Of a DNA stretch of 64,000 nt, positions 59,802-64,000 are shown in pieces. How positions within the stretch are numbered: the first letter of the stretch is position 1; each line of letters begins with the position of its first letter. Origin of the DNA: an uncultured virus (IMG/VR IMGVR_UViG_3300030104_006994) (lineage: Duplodnaviria; Heunggongvirae; Uroviricota; Caudoviricetes); the IMG/VR virus record IMGVR_UViG_3300030104_006994. One strand, written 5' to 3'. A program made the translations under genes and the position numbers. The notes beneath the pieces are model-generated. The model was not told the origin of the DNA, did not search any database, and saw only the letters and a program-made list of their open reading frames with translations.

Positions 59802-59809
59802 ATTACACT
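59802..59809 (-). promoter_or_regulatory. AGTGTAAT putative late promoter
   Basis: Exact motif 12 nt before ATG 59789. Confidence 0.65.
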
Positions 59810-59812
59810 TTT

Positions 59813-60280
59813 TTAAGGGCTTTCTGAAACAAAAATAGCAGACCAATCTTTTAAATTAGGATATAAATAAGTATAGTCTCCATGGTAAGTTAGTGCATAG
59901 ATATAATGTTCGCCACTTGGGACAGTTACAGTCGCTGGAGGTTTTTGCCCGTGCCAAGCAAACTTTTCATATTCCTGTACTAAGATATCTCCGTTTCCAG
60001 AATTATTATATATTCTTACCTGATAGCTTCCTTCAACATCTGGGATACCAGAAAAATATATATTTGAATCATTATGATTTAAGATGAAAGTATGAAATTC
60101 TTGACTATGATCAAAGTAGTAAGTTCCATTATTTCCAGTTGTTCCGGTAGGAGCACCAACTCTTAAAAGATCTCCAAAGTCAGTATCAAGATTATCTCCT
60201 GTAATTCTTAATACTTGAGAGTTTCTACCTCTAGAACCGTCTACATACCTAGGGTCTATTTTATTTAACCCATGAGACAT
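59813..60280 (-). CDS. Hypothetical virion protein
   Basis: 155 aa beta protein. Its N-terminus resembles that of fibre 39146..46018. Confidence 0.55.
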   Translation of the reverse strand: MSHGLNKIDPRYVDGSRGRNSQVLRITGDNLDTDFGDLLRVGAPTGTTGNNGTYYFDHSQEFHTFILNHNDSNIYFSGIPDVEGSYQVRIYNNSGNGDILVQEYEKFAWHGQKPPATVTVPSGEHYIYALTYHGDYTYLYPNLKDWSAIFVSESP

Positions 60281-60283
60281 TTA

Positions 60284-60643
60284 TCATCTTCCCTCTGCTA
60301 AAATGTCTCTAATTTTTTTAGGGATATTTTGCTGTTCTGATAAATCTTCAACTGGTTTTTTAAAAGAAGAAACGTGTTTGCCGAACTCTCTTAGCAGTCT
60401 ATCTGTTAACATGTTACGATTATCAATTGGAACAATGCCAACACGAGAAGCATGAGCCTGAAGATCCGACATATTCATATCGAAAATTTTTCCCTTGTAG
60501 CTATCGTAGTCTAAAGTTCCGTATTCGGAGGCACCGTCATCCCCCCAAATTTGATCTAAAGTTGTAGGCTCAAACTTTTTTTCTACTTTAGCGTGAGTCT
60601 GATTAATACTATCTAAACTTTTCTTTTTCCTTTTAACTGCCAT
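60284..60643 (-). CDS. Hypothetical protein
   Basis: 119 aa ORF with an AAAGG RBS, first gene after the capsid terminator. Confidence 0.65.
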   Translation of the reverse strand: MAVKRKKKSLDSINQTHAKVEKKFEPTTLDQIWGDDGASEYGTLDYDSYKGKIFDMNMSDLQAHASRVGIVPIDNRNMLTDRLLREFGKHVSSFKKPVEDLSEQQNIPKKIRDILAEGR

Positions 60644-60673
60644 AACCTTTTAACCTTTCCTTATTATATATAA

Positions 60674-60681
60674 AATACACA
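60674..60681 (-). promoter_or_regulatory. TGTGTATT variant of putative late promoter
   Basis: Variant located just after the capsid terminator, 30 nt before ATG 60643. Confidence 0.4.
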
Positions 60682-60702
60682 AATAATCTAATAAATAGAA
60701 AT

Positions 60703-60731
60703 AAAAAACCCGTCGACCGAAGTCGACGGGC
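60703..60731 (-). terminator. Rho-independent terminator after the major capsid gene
   Basis: Minus strand reads GCCCGTCGAC-TTCG-GTCGACGGGT then TTTTT, giving a cUUCGg tetraloop. Confidence 0.92.
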
Positions 60732-60752
60732 TTTGAATTATATAACGTTTTA

Positions 60753-61892
60753 TTAAGAACGCTTAAGGTGAGCACCCACGAGTACACGAGCATCGATACA
60801 AACACGACCCTCTTCGACAGAACCGTAAAAACCGGTCTTGTCAGCACGCTGAGTGAACTGATCGTCAGGCAATGCACTGAACGTAGCACCAGACTCAGAG
60901 TTACGAGCGACAGGGCGAATAAGAGCCTCGCGGCTAGCATCCACACCGACAATAACCTCGTGGCTAGAACCATCGTTAAACGCGGAAGTGGTTGAAGCAC
61001 CAGCCTCGTTAACAGCGCCAGCTAAGCCAGCAGAGTCACTGAAGGTCTCGTACAATGTGTTGTACTTCTGACCAACACCGAGCTCCTGCAGGTCGATGAT
61101 GTTAATACCGAAGATGTTGGCAAGGCCAGCGCCTCTGTAAGCATCTTCCTTGGCACCGTTCGGTAAACTCTGAGCAGCATTATTACCGACCGGAGAGTAT
61201 GAGAACGCTCTGATGTCTTGTTTGACTTCAGGGCTAACATACAGATCAGTGATGCCTTCAGAGTAAACTTGAGCGGCAGTACCACCAGCGAACGACTTAT
61301 TGATACGCTTCATCCGAGTGATGATTGCATTCAAAGTGTCGAGCTGGAAGGTCTCAGTGCTACCAACGTTATTAACAATGTGAGCGCCGTTAGCGGAAGC
61401 AGTTCCCTTACCCTCAGAGAGAGCTTTAAGGATAACTGCCCAAGCATTACGCTCCTGCTTCACCAAGACTTCTTGAGCCATACGCTCAACAGCCTTGCTA
61501 ACTACGTCTAAACGACCACGGCGAGCGTATTTCTTCAAGAAACTGACGGCTGCGTCGAGTTTGTAGGTGGCTACCTTCAACTCGTTAGCGCCAGCGATTT
61601 GAGAGCTCGGAAGACCACCAGCAATGTTCTGCTGAACTACAGAAACGTAGTTATCAGAATTTCTTTGCTCGAAGAACAAATCGAGCGGATAGCTCGGATT
61701 GTCGTCTTCGTCGTAAACGACGTCGGAGTAAACAGCCGAAGCTGTATCAGCTTGGCTAAGCACTTGCTGAATAACAGGGCCAATAAAAGCTGCAAAAGCC
61801 TCAGAAGCTTCACGGGAAACTTCAGGACGCTTAGAGCCCATAGCCTTAATCAATTCAACCTGCTCTGGAGTATTTTTAAATTTTAACTTCAT
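60753..61892 (-). CDS. Major capsid protein (HK97 fold)
   Basis: 379 aa following the protease/scaffold and decoration genes. Strong AGGAG RBS and own terminator. Motifs RLDVVSKAVERMAQEVLVKQE, DLYVSPE and IFGINII. Confidence 0.85.
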   Translation of the reverse strand: MKLKFKNTPEQVELIKAMGSKRPEVSREASEAFAAFIGPVIQQVLSQADTASAVYSDVVYDEDDNPSYPLDLFFEQRNSDNYVSVVQQNIAGGLPSSQIAGANELKVATYKLDAAVSFLKKYARRGRLDVVSKAVERMAQEVLVKQERNAWAVILKALSEGKGTASANGAHIVNNVGSTETFQLDTLNAIITRMKRINKSFAGGTAAQVYSEGITDLYVSPEVKQDIRAFSYSPVGNNAAQSLPNGAKEDAYRGAGLANIFGINIIDLQELGVGQKYNTLYETFSDSAGLAGAVNEAGASTTSAFNDGSSHEVIVGVDASREALIRPVARNSESGATFSALPDDQFTQRADKTGFYGSVEEGRVCIDARVLVGAHLKRS

Positions 61893-61911
61893 TTTATAAA
61901 TCTCCTATTAA

Positions 61912-62484
61912 TTACAGTTCAAGTTTCACCAAAACGCTACCGTCATCATCAGCGCCACCTAGGGCTTTACCGATAGATGAGTTCTCAGCAGCTTGGTTTG
62001 TGATTTGACCGTCACCTGTTACGTACAGGGTGTCGCCAGCAGAAATCTTAGCAGTAACAGCGGTAAATGCGCCAGTTGCGAAAAGGAACGTTCCTTTTGT
62101 TGCGACTGGAACAGCTTGTCCACTAATAGCTGCATTAAGCTCAGCCGCTTTTTGCGGATTGAACTTAAGTGATTCTCCATTTTCATCGAATTCTCTAACG
62201 TCATAAAGAAGAATTCCAAGCGGCGCTTCGCTACCGCCATTTGCAAATTCTACTTCTGCGTTAACGCCATAACGTTGAGAAACAACGTTATTGTAAGCAG
62301 CTCCAACGTCTGTCAAAAGTTGCGTTTCATCGGTGTTGCTCCAGCCTGTTTTAATCTTAACAACTGAACCAGCTTCAACAGTGGTTGAGGAGTTAAGAAC
62401 AACGGCTGTATCACCAAACGCAAACAAATTGACGACATCGTGCTCATCATAATCCCGGAAGGGCATTAGTCTTTCGTTTGCCAT
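61912..62484 (-). CDS. Head decoration / capsid cement protein
   Basis: 190 aa between scaffold and capsid genes. PLGILL...GQAVPVATKG...GDTLYV...IGKALG...VLVKL is a beta-tulip-like pattern. Confidence 0.7.
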   Translation of the reverse strand: MANERLMPFRDYDEHDVVNLFAFGDTAVVLNSSTTVEAGSVVKIKTGWSNTDETQLLTDVGAAYNNVVSQRYGVNAEVEFANGGSEAPLGILLYDVREFDENGESLKFNPQKAAELNAAISGQAVPVATKGTFLFATGAFTAVTAKISAGDTLYVTGDGQITNQAAENSSIGKALGGADDDGSVLVKLEL

Positions 62485-62502
62485 AATATTTTAGGTTTCC
62501 TA

Positions 62503-63945
62503 TTAGAGTTTGATATCGAAATTTTCGATACTAAAAGCTTTACTATACTTATCGGTAATAGAAGGCTCTTCGGCTGGAGAAGAAACAGGAACAGTTTCCT
62601 TTTCGACTTCTGCGTTTTCAACAGCAGATTCGACAACTTCCTCAGCTACAGAAGCTTCCACTTCCTCTACAACTTCTTCAGTCTCTTCAGTTTTAACTTT
62701 AGAGGAAAGAAGAACCGTCATGTTCTGATCAAAGGCGGTAAAATCTTCTTCGGTCAAGTCCTTGATTTGAGTAGCGAGAACCTTACGGTCTTCGTCAGTC
62801 AAGTCATAACGCTCGTCGAAGGAGGCCATTCTCTGATTGAACTGCTCTAGCATTTCTCTTTCAACTTTTTCAGTTTCTAGAGAAGCTAATTTCTCCTTGA
62901 CGGACTCTAATTCTGCCTTGAGAGTTTCATGCTCTTTTAGCAGGCCTTCATGCTTTTCATTAGCTTCAGCAAGAGCGTCTTCTTTTTCTTGCTTCTCAGA
63001 AGTGAACTTCTCAGAGGCATCCTTCAGACTCTCTTGAATGTACTCATGAATCGCAGAAGCTTTAAGAGTCTGCAAGGACTCGTCATTGATGTCTGTGATA
63101 TTTTCTATTTTCATAGCTTCTACCTTAGGAATACTTACATTTGTTTTAGTATTTTGGGAAATTTTTTCTTCTTTTTGTTCGGTAACTTCAGCTTCAATTT
63201 GTGTATCTTCAGATGCTACGAGAACACCTTTTACGTCCGCCGCTGGATTTTCAGTTAGGCCGATACCTAGAGGAACTACTTTATTTACTACTTTTCTGTA
63301 AACATGAGAACCGTCGTCTAACTTACCTTCGCCACCAAAACCTCTCAGTTTGCCTTGATGAGCTTCAACTTCTTGTGGGTCAGAAATAATTCTAGCATTT
63401 TCAATATTTTTCTCTTCAGCTTCAAGCACAACAATATTATATTCATTAAAGCCAAGCTCCCAGCTAGCACTAATATTCATGTAATCATCACTAGTTGGAT
63501 CGCTAGAGTTTTCTATTTTATCAGCGAGTTCTTTGTCTGTAATCTTCCAGATAACTCCGCCGAGAGTTACATTGAAAGGACCTTTCATCTCTCTAGCTTC
63601 TTCTTCAGTTAAAGGCTTGTCATCTCCAAAAGAAGAAAAACCTGCTGTAAGAATAGTCCCAATTACAGATTTACGATTATGCTCAATGTTAACAGGTTTA
63701 TTAACAAAGTTTTTGTGCATCGCTATAGCTGTCTCAGTATCTACTACGTCGCCATTTTTATTAACTCTGTTTGCAACGAAAGCGTTAAACGCTACGGGCA
63801 ACAAATCATAGTTGGCATCTGTGTCTACTTCTGGGACGAACTTCTCTAAATCAACCATAGAGGCTAACGCTAGATGCTGGTCTTTTTCTTCAGACACTAG
63901 CGGCCTAATATGGGAACTAAAAATAGTCGTATACTTAGTTTTCAT
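62503..63945 (-). CDS. Prohead protease fused to scaffolding domain
   Basis: 480 aa. The N-terminal part (NKNGD...KPVNIEH...IGTI...SASWE...GIGLTENPA) is typical of phage prohead serine proteases. The C-terminal part is an acidic coiled coil. Confidence 0.8.
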   Translation of the reverse strand: MKTKYTTIFSSHIRPLVSEEKDQHLALASMVDLEKFVPEVDTDANYDLLPVAFNAFVANRVNKNGDVVDTETAIAMHKNFVNKPVNIEHNRKSVIGTILTAGFSSFGDDKPLTEEEAREMKGPFNVTLGGVIWKITDKELADKIENSSDPTSDDYMNISASWELGFNEYNIVVLEAEEKNIENARIISDPQEVEAHQGKLRGFGGEGKLDDGSHVYRKVVNKVVPLGIGLTENPAADVKGVLVASEDTQIEAEVTEQKEEKISQNTKTNVSIPKVEAMKIENITDINDESLQTLKASAIHEYIQESLKDASEKFTSEKQEKEDALAEANEKHEGLLKEHETLKAELESVKEKLASLETEKVEREMLEQFNQRMASFDERYDLTDEDRKVLATQIKDLTEEDFTAFDQNMTVLLSSKVKTEETEEVVEEVEASVAEEVVESAVENAEVEKETVPVSSPAEEPSITDKYSKAFSIENFDIKL

Positions 63946-63947
63946 TT

Positions 63948-64000
63948 TTAAATATCTCCGTCGGCTTTTCTATAAGAATCTTTTACTTTGCCTCCGCGTT
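63948..64000 (-). CDS. 3' end of an upstream gene (partial)
   Basis: Open frame ...RGGKVKDSYRKADGDI* ending 2 nt before the protease ATG. Confidence 0.5.
   Translation of the reverse strand, partial: RGGKVKDSYRKADGDI

Noticed and set aside
71..63811. Many short plus-strand ORFs and alternate-frame minus-strand ORFs in the track (e.g. 44415..45068, 43986..44252, 60650..61000)
   Set aside because: They overlap long, well-formed minus-strand genes and are antisense or frame shadows, especially of Gly/Pro repeats. 60650..61000 also runs through a terminator.
1..64000. tRNA, rRNA, introns or inteins
   Set aside because: Intergenic gaps are nearly all under about 110 nt and are accounted for by terminators and promoter motifs. 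No cloverleaf, split gene or intein splice motifs were recognised by eye.

Overview
The window is the virion morphogenesis region of a large, AT-rich tailed dsDNA phage (Caudoviricetes). No tail sheath gene is recognisable, so it is probably long-tailed and siphovirus-like. Every credible gene is on the minus strand and tightly packed. In transcription order (high to low coordinates) they are: prohead protease/scaffold, head decoration protein and major capsid protein; a ~37 kb block of fibre/appendage genes (collagen-like, GNVGIGT-repeat, LamG, cupredoxin-like and S74-chaperone modules) ending in a very Cys-rich fibre, a GT9-like glycosyltransferase and small chaperone-like genes; then head-tail connectors, tail tube, tail chaperones, tape measure and tail-tip proteins. 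Highlights: (1) a candidate virion S-glycosylation system, made of a ~6.5% Cys fibre next to a GT9-like enzyme with Lys at the usual catalytic Asp position; (2) a conserved AGTGTAAT motif in front of structural genes, probably a late promoter; (3) a tape measure protein with cargo segments bounded by G[FY]xPNF motifs, one resembling a PD-(D/E)xK nuclease; (4) strong [ST]-G enrichment in a subset of virion proteins; (5) module shuffling between fibre genes. All product calls come from motif recognition and gene order. No database searches were run, and counts were made by hand.
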